The notes under the pieces are model-generated. The model was given only the letters and a program-made list of their open reading frames with translations, searched no databases and was not told the DNA's origin. Shown in pieces: positions 1-11,600 of a DNA stretch of 64,000 nt; the stretch's first letter is position 1; every line of letters begins with the position of its first letter. The DNA is from Haplodiscus bocki (lineage: Eukaryota), in assembly GCA_965655095.1 (NCBI GenBank), contig OZ296655.1, positions 70,432,001-70,496,000 of the forward strand, in the 5' to 3' direction. The position numbers were made by a program, and so were the translations under genes.

Positions 1-3000
1 CATTGATAATCAAACGAATTTTGTTTTTTTTTATGGAGATCTGTCGGAAGTAGGGAGAATGTTGCTGTCGTGTGGGAATGGAAAAAGATTGAAAAAAGTC
101 AGTATCGAGTGAAATCATCTACCACAAAACCCAATGACTATGCACAAGATTGAAAAATGATGCGTATTGGAAACTTCAGACTTTGAAAGTCCTATTGAAC
201 TTGATTTAACTTATTTTCTGCTTCAAGAATTCATGAATTTATGAGAGAGGATTCACTGTCAGAATCCAATTTGGGAGGTTAACGAGGATGCTTGGATGAA
301 AATTCTTTGGAGTACTGTGTGCTGATAAAGTCCTGAGATGTTTATTTTTAGATTAAAATGATATATCACTTTCTGTCAATACCGAAGCAGAAAATCCGGA
401 GTTTTGGAAGGAGAGTGAATTGATGGTGACCTTGATGTATTAGAGTGAGGTGACTTGATCGAACAATAAAAGGATCAAGTTTATGAGAACCACATGGTAA
501 ATTCCGAGTGTGAAATGGCATTTATAATGAATTACAGGCCAAGTACTGGAAGAAGAACCATTGGCATTTGGATGGACTGATTTTTCTGGATTTAGTGTGA
601 ATGAACTTACGGAATCAAGGTCTTCACTGAAACTGTTTGGAATTTTTGAACTGCAAAAGTTTCTAATATTATGGGAAAAATTTCAAGTGCTTGAATAAAT
701 TGAAAAATTTGGGGTAAACCAAATTAAAATCAAATCTCTGCCTGAATAGAGGTTTAAGCTTCTGAAATGGTCTAAGTTGATGGTTTTGAAGCTATCGTTT
801 TCATATCAGGTCGATACCTGGCATCAAGATATGGGTTACTGGTTTGATGAATTGAAGGTTATGAGCTGAACTAGGAGACGACTGGTCTGACGAAGATTGA
901 GGCTCAATCACTTCAACGATCATAAGTGAAAGCAAACACACACAAGCGGTGCTCTTGGAAAATTGAAGCCAGACTAGACTTAGCTTCATAAAATGGAGTA
1001 ATATTGCACATGTTGAATATCAGAAAGTTTAGGATCCGTTATGAAAAAGGTATAAAAAAGGGAATAAATGAGGGGTTTCGTATTCGAATTGAGAGGCATA
1101 CGAGTGAGGTTGTGTTTAGTATCAGCGTTGGTAAGGCGTACGTACAGATTAGTTTTTGCTATTTAAACAATTTTGACATTCGCTTAAAGCATCTTCAAGG
1201 GTCGATATTTTGTTTCTTTTGGAAATCGTGTCAGTTGGCTTTGAGAACATTTTAATTTCTGGGAGATTTTTCAATATATCTTCAAGATTGAAAAAAATTG
1301 ATTGATGGGAACTTTTTTACATACGCTACTTTCATGAATTTTCTGATTACTGACTTCTTTATGGTTTGTAGTTTTTTGTTGGAAGAATTTGTTGGATTAG
1401 GCTGAGGTAGTAGGGCAATTTTTTAGATAAATGATGGGTTTTTCTGAAGAATATGGTACTCACTGTGTATTACGGCGCTCTCGAGAGATAGTTTCACTTT
1501 TGATGAAAGCTTTCGATTGACAACAAAAATTCGTTCGTTTGCTTCCAAAGAACCGATACCAAAGAGTCTCAATTTTTCGAAAAAAGAACAGCCATATTCT
1601 CAAAAGAGAAGTTTCAGGTGTCAGAGACAAATAATTTAGACATTCACTGATTGAAGTTTTGTATGAAAACCGTGCTGTGCTGAACATGCAAAAAGTTGAG
1701 AGAGTAACCAATTTTCAAAGATTATCAAACTGCTTGCTGGCCACCACTAACGATTGGAACTCTTCAATCAAGGTCTCGACCAACAGTTTGGTACTTGTAG
1801 AGTTATACTATTTAAGAAAATTTTCGTTTTTGACTTCCCCAGAGGAAACTTGAAAGGCCGTAAAACTCAAAGTTTGCGTTTAGTTTTGCCTTCTGTCGCC
1901 GTCTTAGGTCATTTTTCTCCCATACTAAAGACTCCGTCTACCTGATAGAGTTATCAATGAACACCATGAAACTTGAGATGGAACCTACTTTGAATATCTT
2001 CGACTTCTTTTTTTACATCCAGAACATCAAGACTCAAAAAAGTTAATCAATGAAAATACCAAAGGTTACTCTCAACTATCCAAGTCACAATACTTCAAAT
2101 AGGTCGACTTGATTTCCTCCATCAACGTCTTGATCGATGGCATTCCTTTTTGAAGAATTCATTCTATTGGGAGTTTCAAGATTCCAATCCTTGCAATGGA
2201 AACCCAATATATAAAAATCTTAAGCTTCTCATAGTAACACTTCGGCGAGAAAAGTGTAGAAACACTGAAAAAGAGGAAAAAAGTCACAGATTACTGTTTC
2301 CATTCAAATTTGGACTCAGTTTCTAGCATGGGTAACCTCTACATTCCTTCACTCTTGTCTGAGTCAACAATAGTCTTTGTTTAATCACCGACTCTTGCAT
2401 GGGGTTTTTCATTGGCGTATATTGCCAGAGTGTGCAATCAGTTTTGATTCTCCAGACTTTCAAAGTTATCCTAAAGTAGACTTTCACTTGCCTCAGATCC
2501 AAAAAATTGGGTTTCCTCCATCAAGGTCTCAATCAACATGGTGCTACCTTCAGAATGCTAACCGATCACCAAAGTTTTGGCTTCAATCCGAAAATCGGAC
2601 CTGTGTATTAACTTTAAAAAGGATGTTTCTGTTGGTAAGTTAATACTACAAAGAAACTTCGACAGAGAAAAACACAGGCCTTTCCTAACTTGCTTGACTT
2701 GAGGTTAATTCCTTGATTTGGCGCACGCTATCGATATCTCAGATTCCTCAGTAGTTCTCTTGAGAAAACAACTATTCTCTACTTGGTTAATACTTCAACT
2801 CTAGATTTTTGTCTAGATCATAAACATTCATTAAAAGTCATAAATGAAAAGATACACAGAGTTACATTTTGTCCGATGATATTTCAGGAGCTTCTTTTCA
2901 AAATTGTGTACGTATTACATCCGATGGGTTTCAAATTCAACAATCAAATTTCAAGGCTTGTTCATAAAATGGTAGCACGTTGAAGTGGGTTTTCAGTTTT

Positions 3001-3874
3001 ATATTTTATCATGGTCTCGTCGAAGTCTTTTTTTCTCAGTGAAGTCTCTTAGTTGTAATTAGGTTCATTTCTTCATAATCTTTCCTTTTTACAGGAGATT
3101 TCAATAAGTTCGACTCGTTTTCTCAGTTAAATCTTAAGGGTTTGATCGTTAATTTTAGGTGCGAATCAATCATAAATAAACAACTATCAATTATCAATCG
3201 GAACTGATTGATTTCAGTATCTTGGTCGTTTCACTTTCTTTTGGAAATTTCATAGGTTATATTTCTTTGGGGGTTGATGACGTATCAAGACATAATTACA
3301 TGTCAGTGTGAAATGTAGTTCAACTTTTCTGTCAGGCAGCGTTGCAAAACGAAAAGTTCAGACTTTTCCCTCACGAAGTAATCAGTCAGAACTATCTTTT
3401 CTTTGTTGTTCACTGTGCTTTCTTTATTCACTGTGCTTTCGTTGCCGGAAAAAGTTTAAAATTTTTCTAGTAGGCGTGAAGAAAAGTGGACAACTTGACT
3501 AGTTGAAACTTGAAAATGTGAAAACTTGCGGGAATTTCAATTTCATATTGAAATCTTCAGAAGTTGGGTCATTAAGATTTTTCATCGAAATTGAATCAGC
3601 TTCAGACAGTTGGTTCATAAAATTTCAGAAATTTTGTTCATATTTCGTCAGTGTTACTCAGATTTCAGAGGGTATATTAGAGAAGTTCTCAGATTAAAAA
3701 AATTTTCGTCTGGACAAATATTAATTTTGTATTTATTCATTTGACTTGATTTAAACATGAATTTAAAAAAAAATTTTTAAAGAGAAAGGATTTTGGACGT
3801 AAGAAATTACGGGCGGGGGGGGGCAATGCATTTAGGATTACACAGGCAGCACTTCTAGGTGCTGAGCAATTTAT

Positions 3875-4453
3875 TGTAATATAAAGAGATTATCAGAAAA
3901 TTACAACTGGAACAATAACAATTGTGTGTTTAGCAAAAATCGATTTGAGATTATATGGAGGGCTTTATAAGATAGAAGAGTTCTTGTGAAAAGAGTCTCT
4001 GAAAAATGTCCAAAACATTCGTATGTGAACCAATTTGCTTGGGTCAGTTTCAAAGTAATGCGTGTCCAATTTTGCTTGCATGGGAGCAATAATTTGGCTG
4101 ACGCATAATGAAGAAGTGTGAGAAGAACATTTATTCAGCCAAGTGGATACACTGTGCGCATTGGCAGATATTTGTGGGTGAGAAATCGTCGTTTTCAGGA
4201 AAACAGCAAGAATGACAGTAACATCTATTCCAAGGAAATATGATACATCAATTTGTGCGAGAACAAAAGCCCGAAAATGCAGAACCAACAAGTGCCAAGC
4301 ATAACCAGCAGAGCCATGGGCCAGAAGTCCAGAAATCCAGAAAGCCAGAAATCCAAAAATCCAGGAATCCAGTGACATGTCATGTTCAGCCAGGGAGGAG
4401 GAAGCAGTGAGCCATTGAGACAGTGAGCCAAACAGTCAGTGGAGTAGGTTACA
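3875..4453 (-). repeat. Putative LTR (579 bp)
   Basis: Terminal inverted repeat TGTAA...TTACA (plus strand tgtaat at 3875, gttaca ending 4453), an internal 8-bp tandem repeat, and minus-strand AATAAA near 4130. No partner LTR or TSD in the window. Confidence 0.55.
4321..4372. repeat. 8-bp minisatellite (CCAGAAAT) x6.5 inside the putative LTR
   Basis: ccagaagt ccagaaat ccagaaag ccagaaat ccaaaaat ccaggaat ccag, read directly. Confidence 0.95.
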
Positions 4454-4642
4454 CGGAAATGAATTAAGCTTTGCTTTTGTCAGAGGTATGTTTATGAATT
4501 AGTAGTATAAATGTTTTCTTGAAGTTTTCAGACGGTTTGTTCCTAAATTCTTAGAATTTATGTTCTATGAAGTGACAAAGTTCGGGTTCATCAAATTTCA
4601 GTTTCTCAAAGTTCTGTGAGGAATAAATATAGACAGATTTTT

Positions 4643-7320
4643 TTATTGAGTCATTTTATTTTTCCGACTGAGATTTATGAAATATTGAGTAAAGGACTTT
4701 TTTGTAGATTTGTTTTTCTGTGCAGATTCACACTTAGGATGGGGAATCACAAGGTAGGTATGAAGACGAACATGGATAAGTTTAGGCTTTATTAGAGGAG
4801 GGCTTTTGTGTGGAACGGTTGCAGAACAAGAAGCGAGATAATCAAAAGATGCATACCTGACTTGCAAAATTTCAATTTTTGCAGAGTATTCATCGTCAGC
4901 ATCAAACCTCAAAGAGGAATAGTAAGCTGTAGATTTGTTAATGAACTTTTCAAGATTGCCGAAATATCAATGGGGGGCGAAGAAATTTTGCTTCGAGGAG
5001 AGTTCAGATTCAGGGGAATGATTGAAGTCAGTTTGAGTGAAGACATTAATGACATGTTTCAAAAATTTTCCACCATCATGATTAATTTGATCGAGAAATT
5101 TGACAAGTGAATGATTGTGATTTAGAAAGTGAAATAACAGACTGTTGATTACAGTGTCAGCGTCAGTCCGGTCATTCAGTTGAGGAGAGAAGAGCTGCAA
5201 GAGATGAACATGGAATCGAAGGCAGTTTGATGTACTGAAAGGTGTCTCTTCACAATCATCTGGGGTATTGTTTCAGCACTTGAAGAGCCTTGTTGAGGAA
5301 GACTCGAAGAGCAGCAATTTGATACTGTTTTCTGAACTTTGAAGATTTGGCAGTTTGGTGTGACAGTCAGGCGAAGACGTATACATAGTTGTAGGTGGAG
5401 GTGAGAAATATGTTTCTAAACCTAAAAAGTTAGTTAGAAAAATAAAATTTAGAAATTTTTGAAACTCTGCCGTTTTTGAGATCACAATGAATCACACATT
5501 ATTAATTTTACAAAACTTTAAAGATTTTTTTCTGGAGTAGAACAATTTTTTTCAGGTGAATGAAATAATATCTGTTACAGAAAGTTGTTTTTGTGTTACT
5601 TAAAGAAAAGCTTTTCAATAATGAAATGTTTTCAGTGTCAAATTTTTGAAGGAAGCTCAATCCTGAAAACTCAATTCGGTAAAGTAACAGCTGATTGCAG
5701 TCCACTAGAAGAGTGTTGCATAGTTTTCAGACTCAATTGGAAAATTGCACAAGAGAAATACGCAGCGTGATATCCGTGAAGAACTTTCTTCAGAATATCA
5801 ATGTTACATAAATCAGATTGATCAGCTCGGTAAGGCTCAAATAATTCCTCTTTTTGCAGGATAAGATCAAACATTTTTGAAATTTAGTTGATTGATCATT
5901 ACCTTTTTCAGCTTGAGAAATATTTTCACGATCTCTTTCACAAGAGGTATCTTGAGTTTAAGAGACAGATTAAGCATTTCTATGTACATTATGATGTCAA
6001 GATTGCTTTTTCGAAAAAAAACAGCTCATTGAGCAGTCAGAAAGGGAAGTTTTAATTGATTACTGTTGCGAAGCAAGAGTAATATATATTTTCAGAGCTT
6101 TAGCGTTCAGTGGGTGGTCGGAGACTACTGACAAATGTGATTACGGTTTAGCAACTGTGGTTGGATTGAAATCAAGATCATCATGTGCAGATTCAATGGA
6201 AATTTTACCTTCCTGAGTAGTAGTCAGAGGTTTTTCAGGAAAGTTTATTAGGATAAATAAAAAATATTGTCTCAAAGGATCACATTTTCGCAGTCAATCA
6301 ATTGTACTTGTTGATTTCAGATTATAAAAGGAATGGAGTGAAAATGCAGAGGTAAAGTTTTTTTGAAAGATGAATTCTTTTGCAGAATTGGAAGGAAGAT
6401 TGTTCCGAAAACGTTCACATGTCACAAGAGGGACAAGTTTTTTTATTCATAGATTGGAAATTCGGATTTGAATCATCAGCATGCAGATCAAATACAGAAG
6501 GTTGTGGGAAAATCTTTTGCAGTGGAATTTATTTTTCATTATCCGCAGTCCAGTACTCATATAGATTTTTTAGCTTTGACGCCTACGAAATGTAAGGATC
6601 ATTAAAGTGATTTGGATTTCCATGAAAGTTATACGGTGTTGAAACCATATATATTCATGTCGGTTGAGGTTTATATTGAAAATTTTCAGTTGATAACTGA
6701 GATGTTAGGGAATCATCTCCAATTAAACCAGTTTTCTACGATAGTTTCAGATTAGGAGGCATAACATTTGAAGTTAAACTTGCGGAATGGGTTAAAATTT
6801 TGTATTTCCTCTTTGGGTTTTTGTCGAATCATGATCAGCATTTTTTTTGCGGAGGTTCTGAATCACTTTTAACAGTGGAAGGAACACAACTAGAGGTTTT
6901 TTTTTGGAAATCTGTTTCCTTCAAAGATTCGTTAGAAACATGTAAAGAGTTCTTAACTTCAATGAAAGGTGTCGTATTTTGAGAAAGATCAGAAAGCGAG
7001 CTTTGTGACGAAAAAGTTTCTTTGTAATCATTAGGTACAGTAATAACCAGGGCTTGATTTTCACAATCAGTGAAAGGACGGGAAGCTTCCAAAATTATTT
7101 CGGGGGTACTCATATTGAGAAAAGCTCGACTTTTACTTACGATTGGAAATCAAGAGATGAATTGTAACAAATTGATGGAATTAGTGGTCAGTGGGAATTG
7201 ACTGATTGAAATATCAGATCAATTTTCAGGAAGGAGATATTACAGAAAGAATAAAAACTTGTTGCAAATCACAAAGTGTTTAGCAAACAAATTGATCAGA
7301 GAAATTAAATTGAGAGTTTT
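4643..7320 (-). pseudogene. Fragmented unknown ORF region 3' of env, probably an accessory ORF of element A
   Basis: Consecutive same-strand protein-like fragments (6835-7113, 5273-5485, 4967-5200, 4643-4912) with the same strand composition as the element. No recognisable domain. Confidence 0.4.
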
Positions 7321-7384
7321 TAACTCAGTGTTTTTGAATAAGAAATTGATTCAAAGATGGGTAGAGAAAGAACGAAGATCAACA

Positions 7385-8100
7385 AACCGGTGTGTAAAGT
7401 ATTAAATTTGGTTACAGTGAATGACATTTGTTTATTTTCAATCTGGACTTGAAAATTCAGTTGATCAAAGTTTGTAAAAGGGCCGTTATAAGAATATTGA
7501 TTCAGTTCAGCGCTTTCTGCGCCATTAAGATTTCGGATAACATTCCCACAATCATTGGGGTCCGGTTCTTTTGATAATGGAATGGATTTAGTATGCCGAT
7601 CCAAAAGATCATGTCTATACTAATTGGTATGTGGACATTGAGCACAAAAGACTCTATTGTTTTGAACAGTTGCAGAAGAGCGAAAAGTTGTACGTCTTTT
7701 TGCTCTAGCCCGAACAAAAACAGTAGCAAAAGTCCTAGTAGATTCTTTTTCAGACGGAGCTTGAGTACAATTATGTGATCGAATTAATCTAAATTGTTTC
7801 AGTTTGTATGGATTAGAAAAATAAGAAAGAGTGGCTAGGAGTTTATTAACCCGAGGATCATCAAGTTGTATTGAATTTCCAGAAAAGATTGCATCGGCAA
7901 GCTTCAGTAATGAGGAATTTAATATAACAGAGAACAGAATCATAGATCCACAGTGAACAAAATCATAGGTTTCAGGAAGTGGTTTTGTATTTCAGACCAG
8001 ATAAAGGGTTGTAAAATGTTATACTTCCTCCTTGGAGACAAAGTAGAGGTTAGTCCGTGGAAGTATATTTTGAACTAGTCACAACAAACGGACTAGGAGA
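7385..8100 (-). pseudogene. Truncated env-like gene, N-terminal part of a putative class III (chuvirus/Monjiviricetes-like) fusion glycoprotein
   Basis: Lies just downstream of pol. ORFs 7620-7943 and 7320-7604 read SYFS-x7-FRLIRSHNC-x29-S-x10-C-...-DPNDCGNVIRNLNG. SYFS is one substitution per codon from FDCS, and FRSS one substitution from FRCS. Confidence 0.55.
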
Positions 8101-8639
8101 AGTTTGATGTTTAACTTGAGTTGAGGTTGGATTTGCATGAGGAGTTAATCCAATGATTTTTAACGTTACATCAAACTTGATGATTCAGTTTTAGTTTGAA
8201 TTCTTCCATTCGGCTCTCGATTAGGAGTTTTAGTAGAATTTTGCAGACTATTGTTTTTTCGGTTTACAGGAAGAATGTGACATCTCAAATCTTGTCAGGG
8301 ATGATTCATTATATGGTTATGAAATCTCAGTGTAAAATGATATAGATCTCTTGTAGGAGGTCCTGAACTTTTGTCTTGCCGTTGATATGGAAGATCAGCC
8401 CTGTTAATTGCGATCAGGGAAGACACTGAGTTTTAGTTTTCAATTAGATGAGTAGATCTTGGATATGAGTGAACAGGGAATGAAATTTCAATACGAGCAG
8501 AAGAACCAATGAAAGAGGAAAGTCAGAAAAAAATGAGGGAATAGTTTCAGAAGTAAATGAACAAGATTGTGCGTGTTGACGCGATAAATCAGACATTGAA
8601 CTCGATTTTGAAAAAATACGAGAAGAAGACAATGTTTGT

Positions 8640-11600
8640 ATTGGTCTTGGTCTCAAATTATAGGAATGAGCTATTCTTTCGGAGGAGGCTGGTATTATAT
8701 TCTTTCATGAATCTTTAGATTTACAAATCAGAAAACCATCTGAGGAAGAGGTAGAATAAAAACTTGAAGATAATTTTGCAAAAAACTTGGAAAATATTTC
8801 AGTACTAATATCAGAAGCAGTTTTAAGATCAGGTAGATTGTTCACCAATTTTGTTTTGCTGAGCGGAGGTGTCTGGTGTATCACAAAAAATAGCGTCAAC
8901 TGACTTTCGATGTTTGGAAGATTTTGATTTTTTAGCTACAGTTTTAGTAAGAGGTGAAGGTGTTGATGGAAATGGAGAGGAACTATATCAGCAGGATTCA
9001 GGATATGAATAGTTTTAGGAATGATAGCCGGAGTGATAGCCCTAACCACCGGTGTCGGTGATAGAGGAGGTCTATGAACAGTTACAGTAGAAGTAATTAA
9101 TTTCTCAGAGGAGGAATTAATTTTCCTCAGAATTGTTTGAAGTTTGTACATTGGATCCAGTATCTATAAAAATGGAGTTTATTTTCCAAATTGATGGAAC
9201 AGAGGGTATATAAAAATTTTTAATCTGAATCTGGAGATGAGATTCTTTCCAGACTAAATAGCAGAGTCTTAAAAGTGAAAGACGGGAGATATAACCTATG
9301 AAGAACAAGAAAAAGAAGTTTTTGAAAGTTTCCATAGACACACCAGTGGCAACTCTTTTCAACTTGATTCAATGTCGATGAGCAACTTTCTTCAATTCAA
9401 TATTCTTGAAAATGATTCTTTCTCCGCCGAGGAAGGTCGAATGAAAAGTCAAATTTTTTTTCTTGGTAGTGGTCGTAGCTCATTTTTGGTTCAAGTATTT
9501 CATTTGGAAGCTTGTAATTGTTTGGAATGCAGAGAAGAATTTCACCGAAAGACGTAGGTGAGTCCTGAAAATGTCAATAACGGGAAGATCGAAAGTTTCC
9601 GGAAATTTGTTGAAAGATTGAAATCTTGGCAATCGTGGTCTATAAATTATTAGTTGAGAATCAGAGTTTGACCTTGAAAGATGATAATTAATATCATTTA
9701 ACTTTGCAGATATAAGGAAATCATTATCAGAAGGTAATTGATTGGTCATCATCATAATTAGAGAATGGGTCGTTATCAATAACGTTATGATCAAATTCTG
9801 AATTGAAATGTCAAATGAAGTATGAAGATCATTTTGATTCATGTTTGATGTATCAGAGTCATGAAAAAGTTCAGAATATATTTGATTTTATAATTGGATG
9901 TGAGGAAAGAGTAAAGGTTCTTTAGGAGAATATCAAATCAGTTGATTTCGACTTGTTTGAAAGGATTTTCCATCCTTTGTCACAAGTTCATACAAAACTT
10001 CCGTAGGCTTGTTAATAGTTTTGAAAGGACCTTTTTGAACAGGTTTCAGTTTCTCCGAAAGTTGAAAGTTGAACAAATGAATACAGTGGTAATGTTTTTT
10101 TTTCAAAATGGGGCGTTTTTCGCAACATTTTTGCACGGGAATTTGTTTTGTTCACTGCGTATTGATATATTTTAGCAAAATATTTGAAGCACTGCTGTTT
10201 CAACAGTAGAAATTGGTTTCAACAAGAAGCTATGAAACAACGGATATAAATGAATTGATTGATAATGAGATTGAGGAGGCAATTCAGGAAAGTAATTTCC
10301 TGTACATTCACGGAATTGATTTCGAGAAAGACTTAGTTGGAAATTCAGTGGAAGTTGTGGTTGCCTATGAAAAACTATTTCTTATTCTTATGGGGAAACA
10401 TGCCGATGTGATAGTGGTTGAGTAGTATGTGCTTATTCAAAGAAATGTACTCGAATGGACCAGTTTTCAGCGGTTTCATGCAGAAACATTCTCGGTTGTT
10501 TTCCAAAATTTTTAGTTGATACTTCAAAAAATCCATTTGCCTAAAGATTATCTGAAAGTTTTGGAGAATGACGAATATGAAACAGAGTACAACAATTCGC
10601 CATTTCAGAATTAAGATATTCAGTTCCTGGTCCCGAAAACAGATACTGCGGTGGATCAATTGTTGAAAATCAGCGCTGAAATATTGAGTTTACAGCGTAA
10701 TGAGCAATATTTTTTTGAGTGAGTACAGTCACATGGTAATTGCTAAAATGATCGACAATTACACGAATTTACTGATTTGTTTCAGAAGCAGGATTTAGTG
10801 AACCTTTAGTGGCCATAGAGATACTATCGTAAAGAGTTTGACAGCTTCGATAATGGTATGATTGCAGCTTGGTTTTGTTTCAAATTATTGTTTTTACGCA
10901 TTGGGCAATCAATACAGTCGTGGATAATATTTGATAGTTTTTTTTGCAGAAATGGAGTATCATATTATAGATCAGATTTTTTTTGTGCATTATGCAAACC
11001 AGCATGAGAATATTCTTGGATTTTTTTTAATGCAGATTGAAACAGTGTCAGCGATAAGCACAAGCGAGACTTGTGAGACGGAAAATTATCATGAGTTTAC
11101 TGTGGGAAAGTGTCATTATTTTTCAGTGGTAAAGTTTTAATAGTTATCAATTCAGTCTGCTCATCAAAGTACAGATTTGGAAATATTCGATCGTATTCCA
11201 ACCAAATTGGACTAGCAGTTATTAGAGTTGTTTTTTTTTCAAAAAGACGAGAATATTTAGTCATCCATTTATTTAGAAACTTGCGTACAGGATGTCTTTT
11301 TTGATATATCAGCATTGTTTCAATTTTAACTAAAGTATTAGGAGGTGAAAAAAAATCTTTAAGTTTAGATGCCTACTTGAAGAATGATGGATCAAGGATT
11401 GAATTGACTAATGATTGTTCATTTACAGATTAATGTTTTTCATGTATAGCTTGCGGTTGTAAACTTTCAGTTCCAGAGTCATTACTTTTTTAAGAAACAA
11501 GATGGATTATCAATCAATGATAAATCAGGGGAAAAAGGATCATCATTTTGTCATATCATTTTCTCAGTAGGATCATCTTTATCAGTGATATGGTAATCTT

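Larger units (their letters stand above)
1..4453 (-). mobile_element. 5' part of a degenerate Ty3/gypsy-type element (element B), related to element A; runs off the left edge
   Basis: 2641-2890 is clearly homologous at nucleotide level to 18952-19200 of element A in the same orientation (taatactacaaag...cagtagttctcttgagaaaacaactattctctacttggttaatacttcaactct). The block is preceded on the minus strand by an LTR-like unit at 3875-4453. Only broken ORFs remain. Confidence 0.6.

Noticed and set aside
3965-4378. 137-aa hydrophobic ORF with a repeated W-I-x-G-F pattern
   Set aside because: The pattern is a translation of the 8-bp minisatellite inside the LTR-like unit.
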